From Setoptus koraiensis (lineage: Eukaryota; Animalia; Arthropoda), in assembly GCA_048013815.1 (NCBI GenBank), contig CM106585.1, forward strand, positions 17,918,001-17,982,000: DNA of 64,000 bases, written 5' to 3'. Below, one piece after another: positions 13,101-28,100 of the stretch. Below the pieces are notes generated by a model that saw nothing but the letters and a program-made list of their open reading frames with translations, was not told the origin of the DNA and ran no database searches. Each line of letters begins with the position of its first letter. The first letter of the stretch is position 1. A program made the translations under genes and the position numbers.

Positions 13101-16100
13101 AGAGTGAATGGTGTATAAGGTTTATTGAAGTTTGTTTAAGGGGGGTATTGAGGTTAGTGGGGGTTGATATAAAGGGGGGAGTGGTGGGAGGGGTTTTGGT
13201 GGAAAGATTAGTTTTATAGGGTATGGAGGAAGTATTGTGAGAATGGGGGGTGGTTGGTGGATTGATGTGTTAATTTGTAGGATAGGGTGTGTGTTGTGTG
13301 ATAGTGGGTGGTTGGATTTGGATTGGGGGGTATGTTTGGAAATTAGAAGGGTTTAGGATTATTTAAGGAGAAGTGTGGGAGGTGAATTGTGGATATTAGT
13401 TATGGGAAGGGGGGTAAGTTGAGGAGGGATTTGATGTGAGGTTGAGAGGGTTTGTTATTGTTTAGTGAGGAATGTGGGAATTGTTGGGGGGGAGATATGA
13501 AATGTGGGGTTGATGGAATGAGGTTAAGGGGTTTGGTTTTTGGTATGAATGTTGAGATTAGGAATGATGGATAATGTACCTTTAAGGGGACGTGGATTGT
13601 ATTGGTTATGGAGGTAAGGGGGGGTGGGGGGGGATGATTGATATGTAAAGGGTAATAAGAGAGGAGAAGAGGTGTGTTTGGGATGAGTAGAGGGATTATG
13701 AGATTAAAGATAGTGATTGAGAGGGTGGGTTGGAGAGTATGTGGGGGTGAATGGATAGGGGAAGTTGGTTTGGGGTTGGAGGGTAGTTTAGAAGTGGGAA
13801 GGTGGAGGCGGAGGGGGAAGGAATTGTATGGGGGAGAATTTGGGGGGGAGGGATGGGTTTTGGGGGTGGGGGTGTATGAGTTTGGGAAGTTGGGGGTAGG
13901 GGGGGGTGGGGTGGTATTAGGGTTATGAAAGGTTGGGAGGGGGGTGTATGGACGGGGATGGGTTTGTGTATGTGGTTGTTGGGGGGGGTGGAGAGAGAAA
14001 TTATTTTATTTTGGTTTTTTTTTTTGTTAGTTATGAATGATGGGTGATATAGGGGATGAAGAGTTGGTGAAGGTTTATGGAGAGGACTTTGGGAGTGAGG
14101 GAGATGTGGTGGGGTTGGTATGGAGGTATTGAGAGTATTGGTGTGTGGATTTATGTGGACGAGTAGTAAAGTAATAGAGGGGTTGACGTGAGGAGATGGG
14201 AATGGAGTTAATTATGTATTGGGGTAAGGTAGGTGGATATGGGTGAGAGGAGGGAGGGAGTGGTGGAGAAGAGGTGAGTGATATTAGGGATGTGTGAATG
14301 GTGGGTTGAGATTTTAGATATGAGGTAAGGTAGTAAAGTAAAGCAGAAGTATATGATTATAATAAGTAATTATGTGGATGATATGGGTAGGGATGATTGG
14401 GGGAGGTAGATTTGTGGGGTAGGTATGGAAAATGAGGAAATGATTTTGGATAGATAAGTTATGGATGGGTAATTTTGAAAGGTTGGAAGGGAGATATGGA
14501 TGGATAGGTGATATAGGGGTGTGAGTTGGGTGAAGTAGATGAGATATATGGAAGAAGGGGTGTGGAATGAGGGAGGAAGAAAGGGAGTAGAAAATATTTA
14601 GTGTATATATTTAGGTTTTGGTATATTTTGGGGTGAAGGATGAGTATGAGAAGTGATGATTGGGTGATTGAGGAATGTTTGAAATAGTGAGTAGATGGAG
14701 ATGGATGGGGGATGTTTATGATTGTGATGAGGGGTGAGATATATGTGTGAATAATTGGAGATAGTAGAGGTTATTTTAATGATGATGATGATAATAATGG
14801 AGATAGGTAGGGTGAGAGGTGTGTGTGATAAGTAGAGTATTAGTGTGGTGGGGAGTGTTGAGTGGTGTGAAATGTAGTGTATGTTATTATGTATATAAGT
14901 TATTTTTGTTATAGGGTATTTGTTTATTATGTAGATTAATGATATATTTTGTATTTTGAAGTGGATAGTGAGGGTTATTGATGTTATAGATAGTTTTTGG
15001 GTATATGTGGGGGGGATATTTGTATGTTAGAGAGATTATTATTAATAAGGTGTGTTTTTGTTGTGTGTTTAGGTTGTAGTGCGGGATTTATAATGAGGGG
15101 ATATGTGGGTTGGGGTGTTTGTTGGGGGTTAGAGAGGGATGGGGTGGGTGGTTGGGGGTGGGAGTAACTGGCATAATGTGGCTATGTTTGGTTAGGTGGG
15201 ATGAGTTGTTTATGGGAGAGGTTGGGTGTTAATTGTGTGGTGTTTATTGTTTATATTTAGGGAGTGAGGGGATGTATTATTTAGAGTATTATATTGGTTT
15301 TGGTGTGTTGGGTGGGGGTGAGGAGGAGGGGGGGGTTTAGGAGAAGATGAGGGGAGTGTTTTATATAGGGGGAAGGAAGTTAAGGTGATTGAGAGGGATT
15401 TTTTGTGGGATGGGATTTGAATAGTGATTTGAATGTGAGTGTATGTGATATAGATGAATAGGGGGATTTGTTGTTAAATATATATTTGTAATTTTGTATA
15501 ATGTAAAGGGGTTAGGGGATTGGGGAAGGGGGGAGGAGTTTTTTGAGATGAGGATAGGAATATTGTCTAAATGTAGATTAGGGGAGATGAGATATTATTG
15601 ATTATGGAATAAAAGGTATATTGAATATGGATTGGAAAGTATTTTTTGGATAATGGATTTGAGGGTTATGGGGTTGGTGGATTGGGGAATTGGGGTGGGA
15701 GATAAAAGAAGGGGTTTGGAGGGTAAATTTTGATGGGAGTATATGATAAATATATGGGTTGAATGGTTTATAGGATGATGAATTCATGGTGGCGATAGGG
15801 AGGAGGGGGAAAAAATGGTGGGGAGGGAAGGCGGTAGGTGAGTTGTAGGGGGACGGGTAGGATTGTAATACTAAATAGATGAAGGATGAGATGGGGAGAG
15901 AGTTGATAAAGTGAATAATGAGAAATGTTTATATAAAAATGACGAATAGGGAGAGTGTTAGGTGAAATAAGGGAAGGAGGGGAATTATTATAGAGAGGAA
16001 AAAGGAGTAGAGTATATAATATAAATATAAAAGGGAGTGAGAGGGGTATTGGGATGAGGGGGAACTGATGTAGATAGAAAAGAATGGGTAGATTGCGTTA

Positions 16101-19100
16101 GGATAGGGTTTTTTAAAGTTTTTGGATTATGATAGTGTGAATTTGGGAAATGTAGTAGGGTTTGTTGAGAGGTTGTTTAGGAGTTTGGAAATATGGTAAG
16201 GGAGTAAGGGGTGGTGGTGGGTGGGGGGGGGTATGGAAATTTATATGGGGGTGATGAGAATGGGATTTGGATCAGGAAGGATAATATGATGGGGTTGGAT
16301 GTTTAGGGGATGAATATGAAAAATTATGTTTATTAGGATTGTTGGATGGTGAAAAAAAAGTATAAAGGGATATTGGAAGTAATAGGGGTTTAATAGTTGT
16401 TGGAAAGATAAAAAAGAAGAAGAATAGAAGGTGTGGAGGATGTAGGATTGGGTTGTAGGATTATTAGTTTGGATGACACATAAAATAGTGTACGAGGTAG
16501 TTGAATGAAAGAGATGGACTAGAAGAGGAGTATTGCAAGTATTTGGCGTAGTGGCGTTTGTTAAGTCTCCTAGATAAGAATCTGAGTGGAGGGCTTGGTG
16601 AGGGGATGTGTTAAATTAATTACATTATAAGGTTAGCAGGGACTGGGGAGGGTATAGATAAGGATGAAGGGTGGAATGAGGGTTGTTAGAGGCAGGAAAT
16701 GATTATATAGTGTTATTGGGAATGGGGTACAGAAGGACGTAGGCTGAATACATTGGGCGGGTGCATTTTTAAAGGTGGGACAGCAATATAGATGGTAGTG
16801 TTTGTTAGGTGTTGTTATTGAGATAGATATTGTTTGTGGGGTTAGAATGAAATTGTGTTAATTTGAAGTAATGTGGGGAGATAGTGGGTGAATGTTAAGT
16901 GTTTGGGGGAGGGGGATATAGGGGTAAATAAGGGGGGTGTTGGGTGGATTAACTTGGGATGGTGATGGAAGATTTTTGGGAATGTGAGTGTGTAGTTAAG
17001 GATGAGAGGGAGGGGTTGATGGTGTGAAATTTTGTTGTTAAATATAGGGGAGTGGGGTTTGATTGTTATTGGGTGGATTTGTTGTGAATTTTGGGGTGGT
17101 GATTATTTAGAGATAGGGGAGTATATTTGTGAGTGGGGGATGGGTGGATGGAGATTGTAGTAGGTATTAGGTGAAGAGTTGTATTGTAGGGTTGTGATTG
17201 GTAGTGAATATGGGGGATGGGTGGGATGGGGGAAGTGTGATGTAGGGTTTAGTGGGTTTATTTTGATAGGGTGGGATTGGGGGTTATGGGTGGGGGGTAA
17301 TTGTGGGAAGGAATGGGGGGGGGTGTTGTAAATTGATAGGGTGTTTGTTGAGGTGGAGTTATTATGTGTGGTGGTGGGAGAAATAAGGGGGGGTGGGGGG
17401 AGAGGAATTTGGGGAAAAGATTATTTGGTTTGAAGTATTTGGAAGGTGGGTGTTAATGGGGGTGGATGAGTGATAAGTAGGGGAGGAGTATGATATGTTG
17501 GGAATAGTGTTGAATTGAATTGGTGTAGGATAGTGTGAGGGGATTTAATGGTGTAGTGGAAGGTGGGGGGGTAAGGTTAAAGATGAGATAGAGGGTATTA
17601 TAAAGTGAAGGGGAGGAGAGGATGAGATTAGATGGTGTTGTGTTGTGAGTGGGGGGTTGTTGTTGAAAATTAAAAAGGGTGGGTGAGTGGGGAATGATAG
17701 TTTTATGGGTTTGGATGGAGTTTGTGGATTTTTGTAGTGTGGGGGGGATGGAATGTGGGTGGTAGGAAATGTTGAGTAATGATGTGAAAGATTGTGATTG
17801 GGGGAGTGTGTTTGGTGGTAGGATTAGTGTATTTTTGGGAGTATTTATGGTTAGGGTGTTTATTAGGTTGAAATGTGTTTTAGGTGAGAGGGGGGTGGTG
17901 TGTTGTGGATTTGATGGGTGATTGAATTGTTGGGGTTGTGGGGTTAATATGTGGGAATTGGGGGGGGAGTAAGGGGTTGGGTATATGTGGTTGTGGGGGT
18001 GTGGTGGAGTTGAGTAGGGTTGTTTAATAGAGGTAATTAATAAATGTTTTGGTGTAGGTGTAGGGGTGGTGGGTATGTGGTTGATTAGGAGGTGGGGAAT
18101 TGGAGGAGTTGGTTTTTGGGAGGGTGTATTGTGGTTGTAGATGGTTGTAGAGGTGATTGAGTGGTTAATATTTATAGTTGGTAGTAGAGGGGTTGAAAGT
18201 ATTAGGTTGAGTATAGGGTGGGGGTGGGGTGGGATTATATGAGGATTATGATGGTTATTGTTGGTTTGAGTTATTTTGGGGTTTTTGGAGGGATGATTAT
18301 TTTTGGGTGGTGTTGGTGTTTTTATTGTGGGAAGTTATTGAAGATTAGTTTAGGGGTTTTATAAGGGGGATAGGGGATTTGGATTGAAGTTTGGGATAAT
18401 AAGGGTAATTATTTAGTTTGAATGTTTGAATTGTTGATTGGATGTTGGTAGGTTAATAGGGGGGGGAGGTGAGAAGATTGAAGGGGGTTTTTTAGGGAGT
18501 GGGTATTGTAGTGTTTGAGTTAGGTGTTGGGTTTTTGTTTTGAGGTGTGTTGGATAAAGTTTTGGGGGGGGAGTAGTTGGGGAGGTATTGTGGGGGTAGT
18601 GGTGGTGGGGGGTATAGGGTGGTAGGGGAGTTGGTTGTATTTTTTGAGGGGTTGGGGTGTGTTTTATTATTTGGTTGGGAATGTTAGTTGTGATGATTTG
18701 GGTTTTGTGATGAAGGGAGGGTTAGGAAGGTGTTTGGGGTGTTTTTTTGGGTGATAGGGGAATATTGGGAGGGTGTATGTTTTGGAATGGTTTATATAGG
18801 GTATAGATGTTGTTGTGGGGTAGGTTAAGTGAGGGGAAGGAAAGGGGGTGGTGTAGGTAGGATGTATTATTTGGTTGAGGGGGAGGGTGTGGATGATATT
18901 GGGGATTTAGGGTTTAAATTGATTGGAAGATATAGGAATTGTATTATTGTTGATGATGTGAAGGATGTTGATGTGTTATTTGGGGTTGGTGGATAGGTTT
19001 GAGAGATATGGAATAGATTAGTTTATGTAGTTAATTTGGTATGGGGGGAAATTTAGGAGAAGGAGAAGGTGAGGGGGAATGTGATGTAGTTTGAGTTGTA

Positions 19101-22100
19101 AGAAGGGTGAGGAGAAAGGAAATTGAGTATAGGGGGGATGATTATTGAATGTTTTTTTTTTTTTATGTAGGGGGTGAATGGTGTAGGGAGGGTAGAGATT
19201 AGAGGGTGGGTAGAAGATAGGGTTGTGGTGGAGGATGATAAGGGGATGGGAGTGTAAGGGGTGGTGGGAGATTGGGTAAAGTGGGAAATGATTGGGTAGT
19301 GGGTTATGTGAGAGAGTGAGGAGGGTGAGTGTGGGATGATGGGGAAGGGTGAGGTGGATTTTGGGAATGGTGATAATGGTAGGAATGTTAATGAGGGGGG
19401 ATTGTATAGGGTTGATGTTGGGGTGAGTTGTGGATTTTGTGAAAATTGGTATAGGGGATGATTAATGGGTGTTGGGGGGTGTTGGGTTAGTGGAGAAAGA
19501 TTAGGGGTTTTGTAGGGATTATGTGGGTATGTGGGTTGGGTGATTGGGGTATGATAAGAATTGGAAAAGTATAGGAGAGTTAGAAAGGGGAGGGGGTGGT
19601 GATGGATGTGATAGATGAGGGGGGGTGGGGAAGGTGAAAGGAGGGAAATGAGATGGAGGAGGAAAAGGTGTTAAAGGGGAAGGGTAATTAAAGGTTATGG
19701 GAATGGTGGGGAGGGAGTGTAGGAATATTTTTTAGAGTTGGAGAGGAGGGGGGGTGTAGGTTAAGTGTGATGGGATAAGAGAGGGGGAGTATGTTATTAG
19801 AGGGATATGGGTGGGAGAAAGGGAAGTTATTTGGGAGGATTTGTGAGAAAGAATGAGGGGTGTAGAGGAAATATTGTTATAGGGTGGTGATGAGTATGGT
19901 GAGAGAAATTTTTGGTTAGAAGGGGGAGAATGGTGTATAGGAATTGAAGAGAGGGTGAGGTATTATTTGAGTGATTGGAGGGGGGTTGAGGGGGGGATTG
20001 AGTGGAGAATTGGAAATGGGAAGGTGGTGGATAGGGGTTGGTTTGGAGATTAGTTGGATTGAAATGGGATGACGGGGTTTGAAGGAAGGAGATGGGGGTT
20101 GGGGGGATATTAAATGATTTATTGAATGTGAAGTGGTAGGAGTAGCGGAATTAATTGGGTTGGAGTTATAAGAGAGATTGTTGAGGAGGTAATTGTATGA
20201 GATAAGGGTTTGGAAGGGTAAAAGCAGGAGGGATATTGGATTTTGGATAGGAGGAATTGAGGGTAATATAGTTGGTGGTGGGAATAATAAGTTGGGAATT
20301 AATTGGAAAGAATTGGGATTTGGGATGAGTATTGGGGGATGGGGTATGGTTTGTTTATTTTGGAATGAGAGGGTTTTAGATATAGGGTTGGGGGGTTGAT
20401 TGGTTATTATTGATGAAGATTTGGATTTAATGGGAAGGGATAGGGTGGGGTGGAAATATGAGGTAAGGAGTTTATGGTATGTTTGGGATATATATATGTT
20501 GTATTAATGTGTGTTAGTAGGGTGTGAAGAGTTGGAGTGTTGATGTGGAGATGGTGGGGTAAGGTGTGGGTTGATATATGGGGGAGTTATTGGGGGGTGA
20601 TGGGTTTTGAGGGTGTGAGGTATATTGTTGAGGGGTGAGGTTTTGGGTTTGTTTGGGTAATAAGTTAGGAGTAATAGTTAGTTTTTGATTTATAGGTTTG
20701 GAAAGGGTGAAAAGGTGAGGGTGATGGTATATTTGTATGAGGGGGAGGATGGAAAGTGAATAAAGATGAGTAAGAGATGAGAGGGAATTTGGAAAGATTG
20801 GGAGGGGGGTATAAAGAGTGAGATTGATAAGTTAGGATTAAGGTGTGAGTGGAGATTGTTGATTTTTTAAGGGAGTGGTATTTGATGGGATGTATATGGG
20901 TTGGTTGATGTTTTGGTGTTGGGAGGGGTTGATGGGTAGGATTATGAGATGGGTATTTTGGTTTATTAGTATTTTTGGTTTTTTTTTTGTTTGTGTGGGG
21001 TGGGGGTTGGGTGATTTTTGTTGTAATAGGGGGTTGTATTGGTTTGTTTTTGGGATGAGTTAGAAAGGGTATTTTAGTTTTTGATTGTATTGAGTGTGTG
21101 GTTGTGGGGTGTAAGGGGTGGTAAGGAGGTGGTTGATATTTGTAAGGGGGGGTGGAAGGGGTTGGGAGGGTTTAAGAGGTATGTGGGGTGGAGATTATAT
21201 AATTGTTGTTGGAAAAAGGATGGGGGGAGGAGTGGATGTTTATGAAATAGTGATTTTAAAAGAGGATTGATTGTTTAGAGAGGAGGAATGAGTGGAGTAA
21301 AGGAGGGGATGAGAGATAGTGTTTGAAGGGGTTGGGGGAGGAGAGGATGATAATGTTGAAGGATGTATAGGGGGGAGGGAATGATGTTTGTGAGTGGGGG
21401 AGGTGAGGATATGTGATGGTGGAGGAAGAAGTGAGGGGATAGAAGTTTGATTGGGGGGGGGTGTTTGATTTGGATAGGGAGAATTAGATTTAAAGATATG
21501 AGTTGGTTGAGGTAAGATGTTGGAGGGAGTAGGTAAGGTGGATGAGAAGTGAATGGATTGGAGGTTGAGAAATGATGGGTTATGGGGAAATGTTTAGGAT
21601 GGAGGGTGTGATGTTGAGATGTGGATATGTGTAAATGTGTATGTTGGTTGTGGATGGGTGGTAGTAATGTGGGAGAGTTGGGGTTGATGAAAATAATTGG
21701 GGGGAATTGAATATTATGAGATGTTGGTATGGGTTTGTGTATGGGTTTGAGGGTAGTGGGGTTTTTGATGATAGATTAATGGATATTGTATTGATTGGGA
21801 GAAGTAGGATGGGGAAATAGGAGGTTGGGAATTTGGGGTGATGATATGATTAGAAGAGTGATAATGATGATTTGGGAATTAGGTTGGTGATAAGGGAAAG
21901 AATTGAAAGGGTTGATGGTGGATGAGGGGGGAAAGGATTTGAAAATGGGAAGGGGGGGGGGATGGAAGTGGGTTGGGTTAAGGGTAAGGGGAAGTAATAT
22001 TTGGTGTAGAGGGGGAAGAGGTAAATTGTTATGAGATTTTGTTGGTATATTGGTGTTTAGGATTTAATTATGAGGGGAGAATGGTGGGTTGGAGTTGGGG

Positions 22101-25100
22101 AGGAGGATAATTATGGGGATGGGGGAGTTGTATTAAAAGATTATGAATATATGTTATATGGTGATAGGGAAAGAGGGGTTAATAGTGATTGGGGTTGGGA
22201 TTATGGAGTATTGTAGGGGGTTGTAGTTGTTTGGGTGTGGATGGGTGTTGGGTTTAGATGGGTTTTGGTGTTATGTGGGGGGATAATTTGGGGGGAGGTT
22301 GGGGATTGGGTGGGTTGTATGTGGTGAATTGGGTATAGAGGAGAGATTTGGAAGAATTTGTAGATTTTGATTAATAGGGGGGTGATAGATGGGGTGGAAT
22401 AGTAAATGATGTGATTTTGAGGGTGGGGAAATAGATGGATTAAGGTTGATGTATATATAGATAAGAATGTTGGTGGTTGATTGGATAATGTAAATGGAAG
22501 GAGTATGGATGGGTTGTGAATATGGAGATAATGTAGAATTAGTAGAGGGGGGAGGGAGAGGGTGATGGGGGGGGGGTTGGTGGAGTTGTGTGTTGGTGTG
22601 GGTTGTTTTTAGGGGGATAATTGGTTGTGAGTTATTTTTAAATGTTTGTGATGAAGTTTTGTATGTAAATGTGTGTTAAGGATTAGGGGGTTGGATATAG
22701 ATAGAGTGATTGATATTTGGTTTGTGAATGGTTGATGGGGGAGGGGGGGGTTGGGTGGGAGGTATGTGATTAGTGGTTGGTTTATAGGGAAAATGTTGTT
22801 TATAGAATTTTGAGTGGGGTGATTGGGTGTGGGAGAGGTGGAAGATGAATATATTATTATTGTGGTTTATTAGGGGGGATTTGGGTAGTGTGTGTGGGTT
22901 GGGTATTTTTTTTGGTGTATAAATGGAATGGGAAAAAGAAATTGTAGTTAAAAGGTTAGGAGGTTAGAATTGAGTATTGAGGGATATGTGAATATATAGT
23001 TTATTGGGGATATGGGTTATGTGAAGAGATTATTATTATTAGTGATTTTTTTTGTGTTATGTGGTTATAGGGAGGGAGGTTAATGTATAGGTTTTATAAA
23101 TGAGAGGATGTGATAGATTGTTATTAATAAAAGTGTAGGGGGGTGAATAAGTTAAAGGAAGTATAGGGGTAGGGGGAATGATAGGATTTGATTGAAATTA
23201 AGGGAATGATATAAGGGGGTTAGTAAGTAGGGGAAGGGGGAGGAAAGGTGTGAGTAGAATGATGTTTGTGAATATGAGTAAAGGGTGGGAATTGGAGTTG
23301 TAGGTTGGGGGTTGAGATGAGGGGAGGATGTTGAAGTAGTTTTGTATTTATTTAGTTTTTGTAGGATGAATAGTGGGTTAGGAAGAGGTATGGGGGGTGT
23401 AATGGGATATTGTGATTATGGTGAGTGATGAAGGGTTGGGATATTAGATAGGTGGAGTGTAGGGGGGGAGGGTAAGGGGTGAGGATGAGGGGGGGGGGGT
23501 TGTTAGGGTTTGTTGGAAGAGTGTGAATGATTATTATTATGATATATAATTATAGTTATAATAAGGTTGATGTAGTATTATTATATTAGTGGGTAGTGAG
23601 GGGGTTGGTTAATTGTGGATGAATGGTATGGGAATAAAGAGGGGGAAGTGAATAAGGAAGATTGGAAATAGGTTTGATTGGGGGAATGGGATTAAGTAGT
23701 GGAGGGAGGTAGTTAAAATGATGATTAAAAGATGATGGGGAAGGGGTGAGATTGTTTTATTTGTGTGAATTTTATTTATGGGATAGAATGGGTGGAAAAT
23801 GGGTAGTATAGAGAGAAGATAGAAATATTAGTAATTGTGAGATAGATTGAATGAATGTGGAATTGGGTTAGGGATTTTTTAGGGATGATAAATATTATAA
23901 ATGATGGTAATTGTGTTAATGAGTGTGAAATTGGTTAATGAGTTGTGAATTTGTTGAATGTGTAATGTGGGAATGGGATATAGTGTGATTAAATGTTAGA
24001 TATTGGTTGGAGTATTTGAGTTTGATGAAAAAGGTAGAGAGGAAAGGAAAAGAGAAGTGGAAATTTTGTAATAGGGGGGGAAGTTAAATTGGGTTGGTTT
24101 AGTATGTAAATTTTTATAAAAATGATGGTTAGTAGTAGTGGGGATTGTGGGGTAATGGAAGTATGTATAAGGTTGTAATTTGGAATTGGGGAGGATATTA
24201 AATAGTATGGGTTTGATTAAAGTTAAATGAGGATTATTTGAGATGTAGTTAAGTAGGAATAGAATTGAAATGAGTATTTGGTTATTATTGGGGGGTATTG
24301 GATAAGGGAAATGGTTGAATGATTGTGTTAAGGGAAGAGGGAAAGTTTTTTTTGGGTTTTGGATTTGATTGTAAATTTTGTTTTGTATAGAATTGGTGAG
24401 ATATAAAGGGATAAGGAGAGGGTTAGATAGGGTAGAGGAGTATTTGATAATTAAGAAATAGAGTAGTGAGAATTTTAAATTGTTGTAAGAAATATAATGG
24501 GGGATGGTGAGTATTTTTGAGGGAATGAGGGTGATATTTAGATAATTTTGTAGTGAATTGAGTAAGTTTTTAGTTTATTGAGATAGAGTTAAAGATGTGG
24601 GATTAGATAAAATGTGGATGAGTAAGATATAATTTGTTAGAGAAGGAATAATTGGATTGTGAGAATAAAAGAAGGAAGAGTGGAAATGATAGATAAGATT
24701 TGATTTAATGGAATTTAAATTTATGTGTTGAAAAATAGTGAGATATAGAGTTAGTGATATGAGTAAGGGAGGGGGATTTGTAGGGGAAGAGTGTTATTTT
24801 TATTGAGTGAGTTTAGATAAACTATGAGTAAATTGTTTATAATGTAGGGGGGATAATTTGAATAATTTTTGGATGAGTGGTAGGAAGGAATAAAGATATG
24901 GATGTAAGAAATGATGATGGGTGATTTAGAATATTTGGGATTATTTTATGTGTGAAAAGATTTATGATGAAATGATTTGAATGGTAACAAGAGTTTTCAG
25001 GGAGCGGGCAATTGAGAGTAGTGATAACGGCTTCGGTTTAATTGACTTGTCTGCCTTATTTGTGCGGAATGTTATTGTGTGTCTAAGAAAGTAACATGTT

Positions 25101-28100
25101 CGGTCAGGAAGTTGTATAATGATAACGTTAGGCTATAACCGTAACTAAGGTAGAGGTTTACAATCTCGATAAGGCAGATTTATAGCGACTTAAAGAGGTG
25201 CTGAGTCAGGGAGCTGATGGAGAGGTTAGTGGGGTATTGAGAATGTGTGAATGGGTAATAGGGGGTGGGATGGATGAATCATGGTTTAGAAGTGGAGGCA
25301 AATATGTTTCTTTAGAAAATAAAAGTGTAAAGAGGGTGTGTGTATACTGTCAGTGGGATTAGTGGAGGATTCTGTGGGCGAAAATGGAGTGGTGGAATTC
25401 GGATTGGAGAGAGATAAAGGGCATTGGGATTAGGGAGAAGGGCTGGTTATAGAGGCAAGGATTGAGATTGTGGATGTCAAGATAGTGTGGTGTGGAGGTG
25501 AGTGGAGTAATTGAAAGTGATAAGGTTGGGGTGGGGTTTGTAAAGGGGAAGTATTTTGAAGGTGTGTGAGAATATATAGAGATATGACTGGATGTTAAGT
25601 GGGAAGTGTGGAATTTAGGATTATGAATTTGGGTGGGGTGAATAGATAGATTGAAGATTATAATAATTGTTTAAGATGGTGTTAATAGTTGGTGAGGGTG
25701 TGGAGGGTTTTAGTAGTGGGTGAGGGGTGATATGGGTGTTGATGTGAGGAAAATGTGTAATAAATAATATGGGGTATTCGTTAATGATGGGATTAATTGA
25801 TATTATAGGTGGTGATAATTGGGTAGGTTGTTTTATGTGCAGAAGTTACAGATATGGAGTTGATGGGTGATGAAGGATTGGTAATAAGAATGTCTGATAC
25901 GTAGTGGGAAGAGTAGTGGGAGGAAGTGGTGGGGTGGGGACTATTTGAGGGTATTGGAGGGTAATGTTGGAAGATTTTGAGTTATTGATATATAAGGTAA
26001 GAGTGAGTATTGGTTGTGAGGAGAATGGTGTATAGTATGGATGGTGGTGGAGATTTTTTTAAATGTGGGATGGATTATATGAATTGGGTTATAGATATAT
26101 GGGAGAATTATGAGTTGTTGGGAGAGGTATGGTGGTTTGATTAATGAGAGAGAGATGAAATGATGTGAGTATTGAGTATTGTTGGATTGTTTGAGAGTTA
26201 TTGGGAATATGGTGTGAGTGAGATAGTATTTGAATGGTGTGGGGTGTTGGTGGAGGGATTTGTAATATATGGTGGTGATGTTTGGGGGTGAGGGGAGGTT
26301 ATGGTATTGTAATTAAATAGAATGTGTATATTATGAGATAATGTATGAAGGAATTGAAAGGGGGATGATGGGTTTGTTTTGGTTGAAATGTAATATTGGG
26401 AAATTGGTATTGTTTTATTGTGGAATTATTGAGTTAGAGGGGGAAAAGTGATGATTAGTGATGAGAGAAGGATAATTGTTGGGTGTAATTTGGTATAGGG
26501 AGGGGTAATTTGTAGGATTTAGTGGTTGAAATAATATTGGGTTAAGTGGTTTGTGATGAGGTGGTGATGGTGTGTGGGGGATGTTTGGGGAGGAAAGGGA
26601 TATATATTGGAAAGAAGGGGGGGTGGATAAATATTATTGTTTAGTGTGAAGGATAAGTGTGTTAATTATAGTTTAGGTAGATTGTGGGGGAGTTGGAGGA
26701 GTTAGTTTTGTATTGAAGATTAAGGGTTGTAGGAGTGGGGAGAAGATTTGTGGGTGAGGAAAATATTATTAATTTATGAATAGTATATTAAAAAGGTAGA
26801 GTGTTTATTGAGTGGCAATCGGATTTGTTGTATTAAATTAGAATGATGGGATGAGAATAGGTGATTGGGTAGATAATGTTGGGGGTGAGTGTGAAGGTTT
26901 TAGATAGATGGTTTGTGGGGAGTAAGGGGGGATTTATGGGGGAAGGGGGGGGTGATAAGAGTTTGGATGATTTTTGAGTATATAAGGGGTGGAAATAGGG
27001 AATAGGGGAGTGGGTGGTTGTGTTGTTTATTTGGATTGAGATTATGTAGAAATTTTTAGTGGTGTGAGGGATTGATTAGGGGGGTTATGGGTTAAGGGGG
27101 AAGTTGGTTAATGATTTAATGTTTGAGTTGAATATTGATGTTGAGTAGTTGGAATATATGTTGGTTATGGGTGATTTTGATAAAATTGTTTTATGATGAT
27201 AGGAGTTGTCTGGGTTTTGTGTAGTTTAAAGTTTTGAGGGGTGAGTGATGATATTATGAGTGTTGGAAATTTTTGGAGATTGATAGTATATAGGAATGAG
27301 GGTGAGGGTGGGTTTTTGGAATGATGGGAAATTGGTGATTGTGATTTGAGACAATAGAGAATTGGTAGATGTGTGATAAATATTATGAATGTTGTAATTT
27401 TATGGAGATAAGTTGTGAAAGGAGGATTTGGGAGAAGAAGTAATGGTGAGTGGATGGAGTGTAGTGGGTGTGAGTGAGAACTTGGATTGTTGGAATTTTA
27501 AGGGGGGTTGAAAAGTGTTGTAATTTGTAAAACAGATAGTAGGGGATGGGAAATATGGGGTTTATGGGTTGAGTAGTGTGGATGTATAGGGGATGGTGGT
27601 AAGGAGTGAGAATGAGATTTTTATTATGTGGAATGGAGGGGAGAGTTGTGTATATTGAGATGATTGTTTATAGAGGGTATGATTTTTATTGAGGATAAAA
27701 AATTGTGTAATTGGCAGTTGAGTTTGAGATGAGATTTGGGAGGGGAAGGAAATGGGGTATGGAGGTGGAGAGATATTAGAATTTAGGGATAGTTTTAATG
27801 GGGTGATGGGGAGAGTTATAATGGTGTTGTGAAAGATTTGGTGTTGTATTAGTGTGGAGAATAGATAATGGTGGATGGGATTGGTTGGGGGGGTGGGGGG
27901 GTATGTATTTGGAATTAGTGTATGGTGGTTGGATTGGTATAATGAGTAATGTTTGTAGGGTAATTAATGTTTGGTTTGGATGATATTAGTTGGGGATAGT
28001 TTGGAGTAGATTTATATTTATAATAGGAATGAGTGAAGAGGTCTGGGATTATAAAATGGTGTAGGGGGTATTAGGTGTAGAGAGATTTGGATGGGATTAT

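Noticed and set aside
25133-25153. CTATAACCGTAACTAAGGTAG, resembling the I-CeuI site in 23S rRNA
   Set aside because: It has several mismatches, the flanks do not continue as rRNA, and the other copy lacks it.
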